This document shows, in pieces, positions 35,169 through 45,568 of a stretch of DNA of 64,000 bases. The translations under genes and the position numbers were made by a program. The notes below the pieces were generated by a model. The model was given only the letters and a program-made list of their open reading frames with translations, did not search any database and was not told the origin of the DNA. The DNA is from Pseudomonadota bacterium (GTDB lineage Bacteria; Desulfobacterota; Binatia; UBA9968). Position 1 is the first letter of the stretch, and each line of letters opens with the position of its first letter. The stretch spans positions 83,904 through 147,903 of the forward strand of contig JAJPJQ010000038.1 of assembly GCA_021324155.1 (NCBI GenBank). The letters run 5' to 3'.

Positions 35169-35665
35169 GCACGAGCGAGTTTCGCATCGAAGCCGCGACC
35201 GAGCGGGACGTTCCAATCATCCTAAAATTGATCAAGGGACTCGCCGAATACGAGAAGCTCGCGCACGAAGTCGTCGCGACCGAAGCAGGGCTGCGCGAGT
35301 CGCTCTTCGGCTCGCGGCGCGTGGCTGAAGTTCTCATCGGCTACGCCGGCGCGGAGGCGGCCGGCTTCGCCGTATTCTTTCACAACTATTCCACGTTCCT
35401 CGGCCGGCCGGGAATTTATCTCGAAGACCTGTTCGTCCTTCCCGAGTGGCGGCGGCGCGGCCTCGGCAGTCAGCTGCTCCGGCGCATCGCCCAGACAGCC
35501 GTCGAGCGCGGCTGCGGGCGCCTGGAATGGTCGGTCCTCGACTGGAACGAGCCGGCGATCGCGTTTTACAAAAAGCTCGGCGCTCGCGCGATGGACGAAT
35601 GGACGGTCTATCGCGTGACCGGCGAGGCATTAAAAGCGCTCGCCAAGAAAAGCGATCAATCGTAG
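35165..35665 (+). CDS. GNAT-family N-acetyltransferase (diamine/spermidine acetyltransferase-like)
   Basis: 166 aa. ATGA overlap with the preceding gene. RRRGLGSQLL GNAT motif. Confidence 0.8.
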   Translation: MSTSEFRIEAATERDVPIILKLIKGLAEYEKLAHEVVATEAGLRESLFGSRRVAEVLIGYAGAEAAGFAVFFHNYSTFLGRPGIYLEDLFVLPEWRRRGLGSQLLRRIAQTAVERGCGRLEWSVLDWNEPAIAFYKKLGARAMDEWTVYRVTGEALKALAKKSDQS

Positions 35666-37080
35666 ATCGGTTGAATCTTTTTTCGCTTCGCCCCTCGCGT
35701 CATTGACGTAAGAATCCCGACAATACTTACCGCCAACCCCGCGAGCAGCGTCGCGTTGATCGCGGCGGCGAATGCCGCCGGGTTCGCCGCCGTCGGCGCG
35801 GCGCCGGCTATGCCGGTGTAGCGGGAGAAGGCGATGCTCATGGTCACGCCGGCCAGGCCGATGCCGAGCACGTTGCCCAGTCCGAACGCCACATAGTTGA
35901 CGCTCGACGCGAAGCCGCGGTGCTCCTTGGGCAGCGCGCCTATCATGTCGGCGGAGTTCGCCGGATTGAAAATGCCGTTGGTGACGCCGTGGCAGGCGAT
36001 CAGCAGCGTCGGCAAAAACCAATGCGAGTCGGGCCGGAGAAACGCGCCGATCAGGCACCCGGCGGCGAGAAAGCCGATTCCGATCGTCGTCGGGAAGCGC
36101 GGCCCGAAGCGGTCGGCGAGCCAGCCGGAGAGCGGCGCGAGCACGACCGTGAGCGCCGCCGGCACGATGAACAGAACGCCGATCATCGACGGCGCAAGAC
36201 CGAGGATGTCCTGCAGGTAAAACGGCATGACGAAGCTCGTGAGGACGTAACAGGTCGCGACGATGAGCAAGCTCACGGCCGCGGTGCTGAACCTCCGCCG
36301 CCGAAAGAGCGCCAGATCGATGAACGGATGCGGCGTGCGGCGCTCGTGCGCGATCAGGCCCGCGAGCGCCGCCGCGAATCCGCCGCCGAGGAGGATTTTC
36401 GTCCCGGCGCCGAAGAGCGCGAGTGTGCGCCGGTCGAGCGCGAGCAGCAGCGTCGCCATGACGACGAAGACGAGCAGCGCCCCCACATAGTCGACGGCGA
36501 GCCGCGGCCCCGCCGGGCGCTGCCGCTTTTTAAGGCTCGGCAGCGTCAGAGCCGCGCCGGCAAGGCTCAGCGGCACGAGCGAGAAGAACGCCCAGCGCCA
36601 GCTCAAGAAATCGATCATAAAGCCGCCGAACACGGGGCCGAGGAGAAAGCCGGTATGGTGCGCGGTGGTCATGAAGCCCTGCGCCCTGCCCGCCATCGCC
36701 TCGGGCACCGCTTCGGCCGCGAGCGCTCGGCCCGAGGACTGGATCATCGCCGCGCCGACGCCTTCGAGGAGACGGAACGCGACGAGCTGATGGAGGTCGT
36801 GCGCCAGGCCGCAAAGCAGCGAGGTCACTGAGAACACCGCGAAGCCGAGGGCGAAGATCTTCTCACGCCCCCAGAAATCGCCGACGCGGCCGAAGATAAT
36901 CGAAAGCCCGACGCTGCTGAGCTGGAACGCGAGCAGCGCCCACGAGATGCCGAGCAGGTCGGTGTCGAGGTCGCGCGCGACCGTCGGCATCGAGATGTTG
37001 AAGATTCTCCCGGCGGTGCCGACGAAGAAGGTCCCGATGAGAGCGGTCGCGAGGAGGAGGCGGTTGATCTGCGGCTTCAT
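35656..37080 (-). CDS. MFS transporter (DHA2-like, 14 TM)
   Basis: MFS signature GRVGDFWGREK. Start placed at ATG MKPQINRLL (ORF extends to a TTG at 37101). Convergent 10-nt overlap with the GNAT gene. Confidence 0.75.
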   Translation of the reverse strand: MKPQINRLLLATALIGTFFVGTAGRIFNISMPTVARDLDTDLLGISWALLAFQLSSVGLSIIFGRVGDFWGREKIFALGFAVFSVTSLLCGLAHDLHQLVAFRLLEGVGAAMIQSSGRALAAEAVPEAMAGRAQGFMTTAHHTGFLLGPVFGGFMIDFLSWRWAFFSLVPLSLAGAALTLPSLKKRQRPAGPRLAVDYVGALLVFVVMATLLLALDRRTLALFGAGTKILLGGGFAAALAGLIAHERRTPHPFIDLALFRRRRFSTAAVSLLIVATCYVLTSFVMPFYLQDILGLAPSMIGVLFIVPAALTVVLAPLSGWLADRFGPRFPTTIGIGFLAAGCLIGAFLRPDSHWFLPTLLIACHGVTNGIFNPANSADMIGALPKEHRGFASSVNYVAFGLGNVLGIGLAGVTMSIAFSRYTGIAGAAPTAANPAAFAAAINATLLAGLAVSIVGILTSMTRGAKRKKIQPIYD

Positions 37081-37129
37081 CCCTTCTTGTTGTCGGCTCA
37101 ATGTTGCAATGAAATGAACACGGCTCCGG

Positions 37130-38872
37130 CTACTGCGTAGCCGTCGGAGTTTTTCGTCCGAGCCACCAGAACGCCGCGATGAGCGGCGCGAGCAGCACGG
37201 TCATCAGCAGCGTCACGGCCGAGGCCTTGTTCATGCCGCCGGCGTACCAGTAACTCCAGATCACCGCGGGAAAAGTGATGTTATCATGCACGCCGAGAAA
37301 AACCGCAACCGTGAGCTCGCGGTAAACCAGCAAAGCGGTCCAGATCCAGACCGACAGCAGCGTCGGCCGCAGCAGCGGCAGCAGCACGCGCCGCGCCGTG
37401 CGCAGCGTCGACAGCCCCGAGACGAAAGCCGCTTCTTCCATCTCGCGATGGATTTGCAGCAGCGAGCCGTTCAGCGCGCGCGTGGCGAAGGCGATGCGCG
37501 CGGCGACGTAGACGATCGCGATCAGCCAGACCGAGCCGTAGAGCGGCACGGTCTCGCCGAGGACGAAAAGCGCCAGCAGCAGCGCGCCGATCGCGAGGAT
37601 CACTTCCGGCAGCGCCTGCGGCAGGAATGCGGCGAACTCGATGGCGTAGCGCGCGCGATTGCGCGAGCGCACGACGAGCCACGAGATCGCGAACGCGAAC
37701 AGCAGCACGAGCAGCGGCACCACCGCGACGAGCAGCGCCGTGTTGCGCGCGCCGCGCAGCACGAGGCCCCATTCCATATTGGTGAAATGCACCAGCGAAA
37801 GATGCCGCATCATTTCTATCGACGGCGGCGCGAAGTACGGCGTGAGCGCCGCGTAGACGATCAGCAGGAGCGGCAGCACTTTAGAAACAAAGGCGTAGAG
37901 CCCGATAAAACACCAGCCCGCCGCCGCCCAGCCGCCGAGCTCGATCAGCGCGGGACGATAGCCTTTGCCGGTGACGACTTCGAAGCGGTGGCCGCTCCGC
38001 AGCACCTGCCCGTAGAGCAGCGTCAGCAGCGCGGCGACGACGATCATGCACGCGCCGACCGCGCCGGTGATGCCGTACTCCGGCAGCCCGCTGCCCTGCG
38101 GGTGGACTTTGAGATAGATGTACGTGCTCAGCATGTAGACGCGGTTGCCGAGGCCGACGATCGCGGGAATGTCGAAGGTCGCGATGCCGATCGTCACGAC
38201 ATAGATCACGGCGGCGAGAATTCCCGGCAGCGCTAGCGGCAGCGTGACGCGGTGGATCGTCCTCAAGAAGCTCAGCCCGTGGACTTTCGCCGCCTCTTCG
38301 AGCGAGGGATTCATCGCGCGGAACATCTGCGCCGTCAGAATGAATACAACGGCCGCGAGGCTGAGGCCCTGGACGAAGCCCATGCCGACGGGGGTCGCGA
38401 TGTTGAGCGGCGCATCCTGCAACCCGAAAAGGTCCATGAGCCAGCGGTTGAGAAAACCGATGCGCGGATGGGCGATGAACGTCCAGCCCATCGCGGTGTA
38501 GATGCCGGGAATCAGAAGTCCCAGCGTCATGATGGCGTAGATCGCCGTCTTGCCGGGAATCGACGTGCGCTCGGCGAGCCACGCGATCGGCAGTCCGATC
38601 GCGAGCGCGACCACCGTCGTCGTCGCCGTAAAGACCGCCGTGTTCCACAGGACGCGATAGAGAAACGGGTCGCCGAAAAGCGCGAGATAATTCTCCAGCG
38701 TGTAGACCGCGCCGGAGGTGCCGAGCATGCCGCGCTGAAAGCTCACCCAGATCATCACCGCGACGAACACGGCGATCACCGCGATCGGCAGCGACGCCAA
38801 GAAGAGAAGGCCGGGCGAAGTCGTGGAGCGCCGGACGAAAAAGAGCGGCGATTCGATCGATCGCGCTTTCAT
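37130..38872 (-). CDS. ABC transporter permease, fused double-domain (FbpB/ThiP-type)
   Basis: 580 aa with ~12 TM and two permease repeats, in an operon with SBP and ATPase. Confidence 0.75.
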   Translation of the reverse strand: MKARSIESPLFFVRRSTTSPGLLFLASLPIAVIAVFVAVMIWVSFQRGMLGTSGAVYTLENYLALFGDPFLYRVLWNTAVFTATTTVVALAIGLPIAWLAERTSIPGKTAIYAIMTLGLLIPGIYTAMGWTFIAHPRIGFLNRWLMDLFGLQDAPLNIATPVGMGFVQGLSLAAVVFILTAQMFRAMNPSLEEAAKVHGLSFLRTIHRVTLPLALPGILAAVIYVVTIGIATFDIPAIVGLGNRVYMLSTYIYLKVHPQGSGLPEYGITGAVGACMIVVAALLTLLYGQVLRSGHRFEVVTGKGYRPALIELGGWAAAGWCFIGLYAFVSKVLPLLLIVYAALTPYFAPPSIEMMRHLSLVHFTNMEWGLVLRGARNTALLVAVVPLLVLLFAFAISWLVVRSRNRARYAIEFAAFLPQALPEVILAIGALLLALFVLGETVPLYGSVWLIAIVYVAARIAFATRALNGSLLQIHREMEEAAFVSGLSTLRTARRVLLPLLRPTLLSVWIWTALLVYRELTVAVFLGVHDNITFPAVIWSYWYAGGMNKASAVTLLMTVLLAPLIAAFWWLGRKTPTATQ

Positions 38873-38888
38873 CGAGAGACCGGCCGGG

Positions 38889-39989
38889 CTATTTGCCGCC
38901 CTCGCGCAAAATCTTCTCCAGCTCCTTCTGCGTCTCGGCGTAGCCTTTCAGCGAAGCGAGCCACTCCGGCGTGTTGATGACGATCTTGCCGCCCGCCGCG
39001 CGCACCTGATCGACGTCCTTCTTCATGCGCGATTCGGGAAAAAGATGCAGATCGAGGCCGTCGTGCTTCCAGAGCAGCGCCTGCGCTTCCGGCGTGAGCC
39101 AGTAAGCGGCCATCAGCGCGGCGGCGTTCGGCGCGCGCGAATTCTTGGGGATCGCCGCGTAGCGCATGTGCAGCACCGTCCCCTCCTGCACGATCGCCTG
39201 CGCCAGCGGCGCGCCGCTGCGCTGGAGCACGGTCGCGTCGTTGCCGCCGCAGGTGAGCACGAGCATCGCGAACTCGCCGCTCGTAAGCCGCTCGGCTTCG
39301 CCGCAGCGGATGAGGCCGGCGATCTGCCCGGATAACTTCTTGGTGAAGTCGACGACGTACTCGCGTCCGAGAAACCCCGGCATCGCGAGCTCGCGTAGAC
39401 CCGCGGCGTACGGAGTCGAGGCGATCTTCCCCTTCCATTTCGGATTGAGGACGTCGGTCAGGCGCTTCGGAATGTCCGCGCCCTTGACGAGATTGGTGTT
39501 GTATTCGATGCCGACGACCGCCGTCGCGATCGCCATGTGCGTCCCGTCGGCGGCGATCGCGTCGAAGTTGCCGTCCTTCGGCGGGCGGCGGTCGACGATC
39601 GCGCCCCATTCGACGGACTTCAGCGCCTGCTGCTTGAGCCCGTCGAACAGCGCCTGCGCGTTGCCCATGTATAAGTCCGTGCTCGCGGGCTGCCCGGCCG
39701 CGTTCTCCTGCGCGATGCGCACCATCAAAGCCTGCATGTCGGGGCCGGGCGTGAACTGGCCCTTCACGCTCAGGCCGTACTTTTTGTTCATGCCGGCGAG
39801 AAAATCGTTGAAGCCCTCGCCGCCGCCGAAGGTGTTCTGCGACCATTGCGCGCGCAGGATGCCTTCCTTTTTCGCGCCCTCGATCATCTGCGCGAGCGTC
39901 GCGCTCGCGCCGAATGCGGCGCTCGACGAGCAGCCGAGCAGGAAGATGCCGAACGATAACAATCGTGCATGCTTCAGCCGTGCGGACAT
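38889..39989 (-). CDS. ABC transporter periplasmic substrate-binding protein (family 1, iron(III)/thiamine-type)
   Basis: 366 aa. Strong RBS AAGGAGG. Signal/lipobox LLSFGIFLLGCSS. Confidence 0.75.
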   Translation of the reverse strand: MSARLKHARLLSFGIFLLGCSSSAAFGASATLAQMIEGAKKEGILRAQWSQNTFGGGEGFNDFLAGMNKKYGLSVKGQFTPGPDMQALMVRIAQENAAGQPASTDLYMGNAQALFDGLKQQALKSVEWGAIVDRRPPKDGNFDAIAADGTHMAIATAVVGIEYNTNLVKGADIPKRLTDVLNPKWKGKIASTPYAAGLRELAMPGFLGREYVVDFTKKLSGQIAGLIRCGEAERLTSGEFAMLVLTCGGNDATVLQRSGAPLAQAIVQEGTVLHMRYAAIPKNSRAPNAAALMAAYWLTPEAQALLWKHDGLDLHLFPESRMKKDVDQVRAAGGKIVINTPEWLASLKGYAETQKELEKILREGGK

Positions 39990-40059
39990 ATACGCCTCCT
40001 TTCGATGCCGGGGTGCGGATGGAATTTATGCGATGGCGCCGGCGATTGCAAAAGCGACT

Positions 40060-41184
40060 CTATACGGCCGCGCGCGCGCCGAAAAGACTGTCTGCGGCGC
40101 CGCCGGCGAGCCGTCTTTCCGCGGAAAAAACCATGACGTCGGCGGGATCGATCCATACGCGGAGCGGTCCGCCGTCGACGTCGGCGCCGCGGCACTTCGC
40201 CGAGATGACGCGATCGGCCAGCGCGAGCGTCAGCAGCGACTGGTCGCCCAAGAAGACGCTCGCCTTGAGAGCCGCGGAAAAGACGTTCGGCTTTTCCGGC
40301 GCGGCCGCGGCCAGCAGCGCGACGCATTCCGGCCGAAAGCCGATCAGAACCTCCGTGCCGATGCCCGCCTCGGCCTCGAATCGCACCGGCCCGATCGCCG
40401 TCTCGGCGACGCCGGGCGCCGTAACCGTTCCCTCGAGCCAATTCATGGTTCCGAAAAATTCCGCGACGCCGGTTGTCGCCGGACGATGATATAGCTCGGC
40501 GGGCGTCCCGACCTGGAGCAGCTCGCCCGCCTGCATCAGCGCGATGCGGTCGGCCATCGCCATCGCCTCGACCTGATCGTGGGTCACATACAAAACCGTC
40601 GAGCCCAGCTGTTTCGCCAGCTCGCGAATTTTCCCGCGCACCTCTTCGCGCAGCCGCGCGTCGAGATTCGACAGCGGCTCGTCCATCAGAAGAATGCCCG
40701 GATTGACGGCGATCGCGCGCGCCAGGGCGACGCGCTGCTGCTGCCCGCCGGAGAGGAGCGTCGCCGAGCGCTCGGCGACCTGGTCGAGCTGCACGAGCCG
40801 CAGCGCCTCGCGCACGCGCTTTTCCACCTCGCCGCGGCGCACGCGGTGCGTCCCGTCGGTGAGCGGCAGCGCGACGTTTTGGTAGACGGTGAGATGCGGC
40901 CAGACGGCATACGACTGAAAAACCATGCCGAGCTTGCGCTGCTGCGAGGGAATCCAGGCGGGCGGAGCATCCGACGAAACGACGCGCCCGCCGATGCTGA
41001 TCGTCCCGCGGTCGGGGACTTCGAGGCCGGCGACTGCGCGCAGCAGCGTCGTCTTGCCGGAGCCGCTGGCGCCGACGATGACGAAAAACTCGCCTTCGGC
41101 GACTTCGAGATTTAGATTTTTGATCGCGGCGACGCGCCCGCCGCCGGCGGGGAACTCTTTGGCGAGTCCGCGGACGGAGATCAT
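40060..41184 (-). CDS. ABC transporter ATP-binding protein (FbpC/PotA-like with C-terminal TOBE-like domain)
   Basis: Walker A GASGSGKTT, signature LSGGQQQRVALARA, Walker B LLMDEP. Confidence 0.85.
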   Translation of the reverse strand: MISVRGLAKEFPAGGGRVAAIKNLNLEVAEGEFFVIVGASGSGKTTLLRAVAGLEVPDRGTISIGGRVVSSDAPPAWIPSQQRKLGMVFQSYAVWPHLTVYQNVALPLTDGTHRVRRGEVEKRVREALRLVQLDQVAERSATLLSGGQQQRVALARAIAVNPGILLMDEPLSNLDARLREEVRGKIRELAKQLGSTVLYVTHDQVEAMAMADRIALMQAGELLQVGTPAELYHRPATTGVAEFFGTMNWLEGTVTAPGVAETAIGPVRFEAEAGIGTEVLIGFRPECVALLAAAAPEKPNVFSAALKASVFLGDQSLLTLALADRVISAKCRGADVDGGPLRVWIDPADVMVFSAERRLAGGAADSLFGARAAV

Positions 41185-41217
41185 CGGCTCAAGCGCCTTC
41201 GCCGCCGCTTGAAAGGT

Positions 41218-41763
41218 TTAGTAGTATTCGGCACCGGGCAACGGGTTGGCGACGGCCTCTTCGAGCGTCGTCGCCCGCTTCCATTCGTTTCCGGGCCGGC
41301 TTCTGCCGTCGCTCCCTACCTGATCCATCGAGGCGTAGACTTCGATTTGATAGCCGTCGGGGTCGTAGAACTCGACGCCCGGATTGCCGCCGGGGCCGCG
41401 GCGGCCTTCGTAAAAAATCTCGACGCCCTTCGAGCGGAGAAAATCGCGGATCTTGAACAGCTCGGAGACGCTGCCGACCTCGAAAGCGACGTGGTCGAAG
41501 CCGACTTCGCCGCGCTTGGGCAGCTCGTTTTTATCGTTGGCTTGCAGCAGCGCGATCGTGTGATGGTCGGTGCCGGAGCGAAAAAAGCGCATGCCGCGCT
41601 CGTTTTTATCCGAGAATTTAAAGCCCATGATCTCCGTCCAGAACTTGCTCGTGCGCTCGATATCGCTCACGCTGAAGACCACGTGTCCGATTTTCTTGAC
41701 ATGAATCGGCGACGATTCCTGCTTCCCTTCCTCGGGCCGCCAGCCGCTTTTCATCTCCGGCAT
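41218..41763 (-). CDS. VOC-family protein (glyoxalase/extradiol dioxygenase fold)
   Basis: 181 aa. RBS GAAGGAGG. The central region is a typical VOC module. Confidence 0.7.
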   Translation of the reverse strand: MPEMKSGWRPEEGKQESSPIHVKKIGHVVFSVSDIERTSKFWTEIMGFKFSDKNERGMRFFRSGTDHHTIALLQANDKNELPKRGEVGFDHVAFEVGSVSELFKIRDFLRSKGVEIFYEGRRGPGGNPGVEFYDPDGYQIEVYASMDQVGSDGRSRPGNEWKRATTLEEAVANPLPGAEYY

Positions 41764-41873
41764 AAAGCCTCCTTCGGATCGTTTCTCACGAGATTTTGTA
41801 GCATGGGAGCGGAGTTGTCAAGTTTGACTTCGCGGCAAAGAAGCGGCGCCGTCGCCGCACCATCCAACGTTAC

Positions 41874-42959
41874 ATGAGTAAAGCTTATGCCCGTCTTGAG
41901 CATCTTCGCCGCCGCGTCCAAAATTCATGCATGGCTAATACCAAATTCGGCTGGAAAGCCGGCACGGAGCAATACGCGCCGCAGGAGCTGTTGGAATACG
42001 CCGTCGGCGCGGAGCAGGCGGGATTCGATTGCGTCGAGGCGAGCGACCATTTTCATCCGTGGGCCGAAAAAGGCCAGGCGTGCTTCGTCTGGACCTGGCT
42101 CGGCGCGGTGGCCGCGCGCACGCAGCGCGTCCAGTTGGGCACGGGCATCACCTGCCCGATCTTGAGATATCATCCGGCCATCGTCGCGCAGGCGGCGGCG
42201 ACGCTCGATTGCCTCGCGCCGGGCCGCACCTTTCTCGGCGTCGGCACGGGCGAAGCGCTGAACGAGTATCCCGTCACCGCAGAATGGCCCGGGTATAAGA
42301 TCCGCCGTGAGCGCCTGGCCGAAGCAATCGAGGTGATGCGGAAACTATGGACCGGCGAGAAGGTCACGCACCGCGGTAATTATTATCAAACGCGGCAGGC
42401 GAAGCTATATACGCCGCCGACGGAGTCGATCCCGATTTACATCTCCGCCTTAGTCCCGAACAGCGCGCGCTTCGCCGGAAAGCACGGCGACGCGCTGATC
42501 ACGGTCGGCGGCGAAGAGCCGGAGACTTACCGGCAGATATTCGAGAGTTTCGCCTACGGCGCAGCCGAGGCGGCGAAGGACGCGCCGCAGATGCCGCGCA
42601 TGGTCGAGCTCGCGGTCGCGTTCACCGATGATGCCGAGAGCGCGGTCCGCGCGCGCAAAGAGTATTGGGCCGGGACGTTCGTCCCGGCACTGTTTACCGA
42701 GCGCATTTACACGCCCAAGATGTCCGAACAGAACGGCAGCGTCGTCGGCAGCGACACGGTTCGCAAGGCGGTCTGCATTTCCGCGGATCCGGAGAAGCAC
42801 GTGCAATTCGCGCAGCACTACATTGACATGGGCTTCGACCAGCTCATCTTTCATTCCGCCGGCCCCGATCAGCGCGCGTTCCTCGAAGGCTACGGTAAGG
42901 AAGTCCTGCCGCGGCTGCGCCGCGACCAGCCTTCGACCGAGCGTTCTTCCGCCGCCTGA
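41874..42959 (+). CDS. LLM-class flavin-dependent oxidoreductase, F420-dependent glucose-6-phosphate dehydrogenase (Fgd)-like. The true start is possibly the internal ATG at 41931 (MANTKFGW)
   Basis: From MANTKFGWKAGTEQ the N-terminus resembles Fgd N-terminal sequences. Luciferase-like TIM barrel family. Confidence 0.7.
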   Translation: MSKAYARLEHLRRRVQNSCMANTKFGWKAGTEQYAPQELLEYAVGAEQAGFDCVEASDHFHPWAEKGQACFVWTWLGAVAARTQRVQLGTGITCPILRYHPAIVAQAAATLDCLAPGRTFLGVGTGEALNEYPVTAEWPGYKIRRERLAEAIEVMRKLWTGEKVTHRGNYYQTRQAKLYTPPTESIPIYISALVPNSARFAGKHGDALITVGGEEPETYRQIFESFAYGAAEAAKDAPQMPRMVELAVAFTDDAESAVRARKEYWAGTFVPALFTERIYTPKMSEQNGSVVGSDTVRKAVCISADPEKHVQFAQHYIDMGFDQLIFHSAGPDQRAFLEGYGKEVLPRLRRDQPSTERSSAA

Positions 42960-42985
42960 GATTCAGCCGCGGATCGCAAACGGAT

Positions 42986-43300
42986 TTATGGCGTGAGCTG
43001 CAGCTCGCCCGGCAGCTGATTCCGCGTAATCGCATCGTCCAGCGTCCCGCCCAGCAAAAGCAGCAGCCAAAAAATTCCCGCCGCGGCGATCACCCACGTG
43101 AAGCGGTCGCTGGTGCGGGCATGCATAAAGTAGAGGACGACGAGCAGCGCTTTGACGGTCGCGATCGTGAGCGCAGCGAAATTGTTGAGCCCGCCGCCGA
43201 GGTCGATGAAGGCGACGCCCGTCGTGAGCGCGGTGAGGCCGAGAAGAATCACAAAGACGGTCAGATAAGTTTTGACGGTTATGTGCGCGCCGTTGCTCAT
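42986..43300 (-). CDS. Cytochrome c oxidase subunit IV (bacterial aa3-type small subunit)
   Basis: Start at [16 protein letters not shown]-overlapping the coxC stop (the ORF extends to a TTG at 43366). Three TM helices. Confidence 0.65.
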   Translation of the reverse strand: MSNGAHITVKTYLTVFVILLGLTALTTGVAFIDLGGGLNNFAALTIATVKALLVVLYFMHARTSDRFTWVIAAAGIFWLLLLLGGTLDDAITRNQLPGELQLTP

Positions 43301-43965
43301 AGGTGCCTTCCCACGAGATAGAGCAGCGGAAAAAGAAAGATCCAGATGAGATCGACGAAATGCCAATACAGGCCCGTGAGTTCGATCGGCGTGTAGTAAA
43401 TCGGCGAGAAACGCTTCCGCCGCGCCTTCAGCGCCATCCAGGTCAACAGCCCGATGCCGATGATCATGTGCAGCGCGTGCAGGCCCGTCATCGCGAAATA
43501 AAGCGAGAAGAAGATTTCCGCGGGGTGCGCGTGCGGCCCCTCGAAGCGGAACGCCGGGCCCGGAACGAGGTGCTCGACGAATTTTTCATGATATTCGTAA
43601 AATTTGACGCCGAGAAACACCGCGCCGAGCAGCATCGTCAGCAGCAGATATCGGATCGCCGCCTTGTTCCTCCCCGTTTCCCCGCCGTGGACCGCCAGCG
43701 CCATCGTGAAGCTGCTCGAGATCAGCACCGCCGTGTTGATCGCGCCGAGCGTGACGTCGAGACGATTGCTGGCCGCGGCGAACGCATTCGGAAAGCCGAC
43801 GCGGTAAAACGCGTAGGCCGCGAACATACCGCCGAAGAACATCACCTCGGTCGCGAGGAACACCCACATGCCGAGCCAGGATGCATGGTGCTGCTGCTCG
43901 ACGTCTTCGAACTGATGCGCGCGCACCTCGAATGCGTCAGGCGCGGCTGGGACTGCCGAATTCAT
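43297..43965 (-). CDS. coxC: Cytochrome c oxidase subunit III
   Basis: 222 aa. RBS GAGGAG. Classic subunit III sequence. Confidence 0.85.
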   Translation of the reverse strand: MNSAVPAAPDAFEVRAHQFEDVEQQHHASWLGMWVFLATEVMFFGGMFAAYAFYRVGFPNAFAAASNRLDVTLGAINTAVLISSSFTMALAVHGGETGRNKAAIRYLLLTMLLGAVFLGVKFYEYHEKFVEHLVPGPAFRFEGPHAHPAEIFFSLYFAMTGLHALHMIIGIGLLTWMALKARRKRFSPIYYTPIELTGLYWHFVDLIWIFLFPLLYLVGRHL

Positions 43966-45568
43966 AAGTCTCCTCGGGTTCTTTGTCGTAGGCGTAGGCT
44001 TCGGCGACGACGCGCGGCGTGACGTCGAAGTTGTGCGTCGGCGGCGGCGACGGCGTCTGCCACTCCAGCCCCCTCGCCCCCCATGGATTGCGGCCCGCGA
44101 CCCGGCCGTAGCGCAGCGACCAAATGAGATAAATCAGCGGCAGCACGTAACCCACGGCGAGAATCGACGCGCCGGCGGACGACATCACGTTCAATGCCTG
44201 GAATTCGGGCGGATAGGCGTGATAGCGCCGCGGCATGCCGAGATAGCCGAGCACGAACTGCGGGAAGAAGGTGAGATTGAAGCCCAGAAACACAATCAGC
44301 GCGGCGACCCGCGCGACCGGCTCGGGATACGTTCGGCCGGTCATCTTAGGCCACCAGAAATGAATCCCCCCGAGATAGGCCATGACCGAGCCGCCGACCA
44401 TGATGTAGTGAAAATGGGCGATAACGAAGTAGGTGTCGTGGACGTGGACGTCGACGCCGATCGACGCGAGGAACAGGCCGGTCAGGCCGCCGATCGTGAA
44501 CAGGCCGATAAACCCGAGCGCGTAGAGCATCGGCGCGTCGTAGGAGATCGAGCCGCGGTGCAGCGTCGCGGTCCAGTTGAAAACCTTGATCGCCGAGGGG
44601 ATCGCCACGAGAAAGCTGAGCAGCGAGAAGATGAGTCCGGCGTGCACCGACTGGCCCGCGACGAACATGTGATGGCCCCAGACGAGAAAGCCGATCACCG
44701 CGATGGCGAGGCTCGAGAACGCAACGAACGAATAGCCGAAGACGCGCCTGCGCGCGAAGGCCGTGACCAGCTCGCTCTCCACGCCCATCGCCGGCAGCAC
44801 CATGATGTAGACCGCCGGGTGCGAGTAAAACCAAAAGAGATGCTGGAAGAGCACGGGATCCCCGCCGCGAGCGGGATCGAAGAAGCCGAGATTGAAGACG
44901 CGCTCGAGGCCGACGAGCAGCAGCGTGATCGCGATCACCGGCGTGCCGAGGATGAAGATGATGCTGGTCGCATAAATCGCCCAGATGAACAGCGGCAGGC
45001 GAAACCAGGTGAGGCCGGGCGCGCGCATCTTGTGAATGGTCACGACGAAATTGAGCCCCGTCAGAATCGACGAGAAGCCCGTGACGAAAACACCGACGAC
45101 CGTCAGCGCGACGTGCGAGTTCGAGTAAATGCTGCTGTACGGCGTATAGAACGTCCAGCCCGTGTCGACGCCGCCGGCCGCGGCGGAGGCGAGTGTAAAC
45201 AAGCCGCCGAGGATGAAGATGTACCAGCTCGCCAGGTTCAGCCGCGGGAACGCGAGATCGCGCGCGCCGACCATCATCGGCACGAGGAAATTTCCCAGCA
45301 CGGCCGGGATCGACGGAATCAGGAAAAAGAAAACCATCGTCACGCCGTGCATGGTGAAAAACTTGTTGTACGTCTCGGCCTGCACGAGATCGCCTTGCGG
45401 CGTCATCAGCTCCAGACGGATGAGCGTGGCAAAAAAACCGCCGAAGAAGAAAAACAGCGTCACCGACAGGAGATATAGCCACGCGATGCGCTTGTGATCG
45501 GTCGTAAAAAGCCACGACCGGATGCCGTAGTCGACGTTCAGATAATGTACCTGGGGCGCGCCGTTCAT
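43937..45568 (-). CDS. coxA: Cytochrome c oxidase subunit I (heme-copper oxidase catalytic subunit)
   Basis: 543 aa. Classic subunit I sequence. ATGA overlap with coxB. Confidence 0.95.
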   Translation of the reverse strand: MNGAPQVHYLNVDYGIRSWLFTTDHKRIAWLYLLSVTLFFFFGGFFATLIRLELMTPQGDLVQAETYNKFFTMHGVTMVFFFLIPSIPAVLGNFLVPMMVGARDLAFPRLNLASWYIFILGGLFTLASAAAGGVDTGWTFYTPYSSIYSNSHVALTVVGVFVTGFSSILTGLNFVVTIHKMRAPGLTWFRLPLFIWAIYATSIIFILGTPVIAITLLLVGLERVFNLGFFDPARGGDPVLFQHLFWFYSHPAVYIMVLPAMGVESELVTAFARRRVFGYSFVAFSSLAIAVIGFLVWGHHMFVAGQSVHAGLIFSLLSFLVAIPSAIKVFNWTATLHRGSISYDAPMLYALGFIGLFTIGGLTGLFLASIGVDVHVHDTYFVIAHFHYIMVGGSVMAYLGGIHFWWPKMTGRTYPEPVARVAALIVFLGFNLTFFPQFVLGYLGMPRRYHAYPPEFQALNVMSSAGASILAVGYVLPLIYLIWSLRYGRVAGRNPWGARGLEWQTPSPPPTHNFDVTPRVVAEAYAYDKEPEETYEFGSPSRA

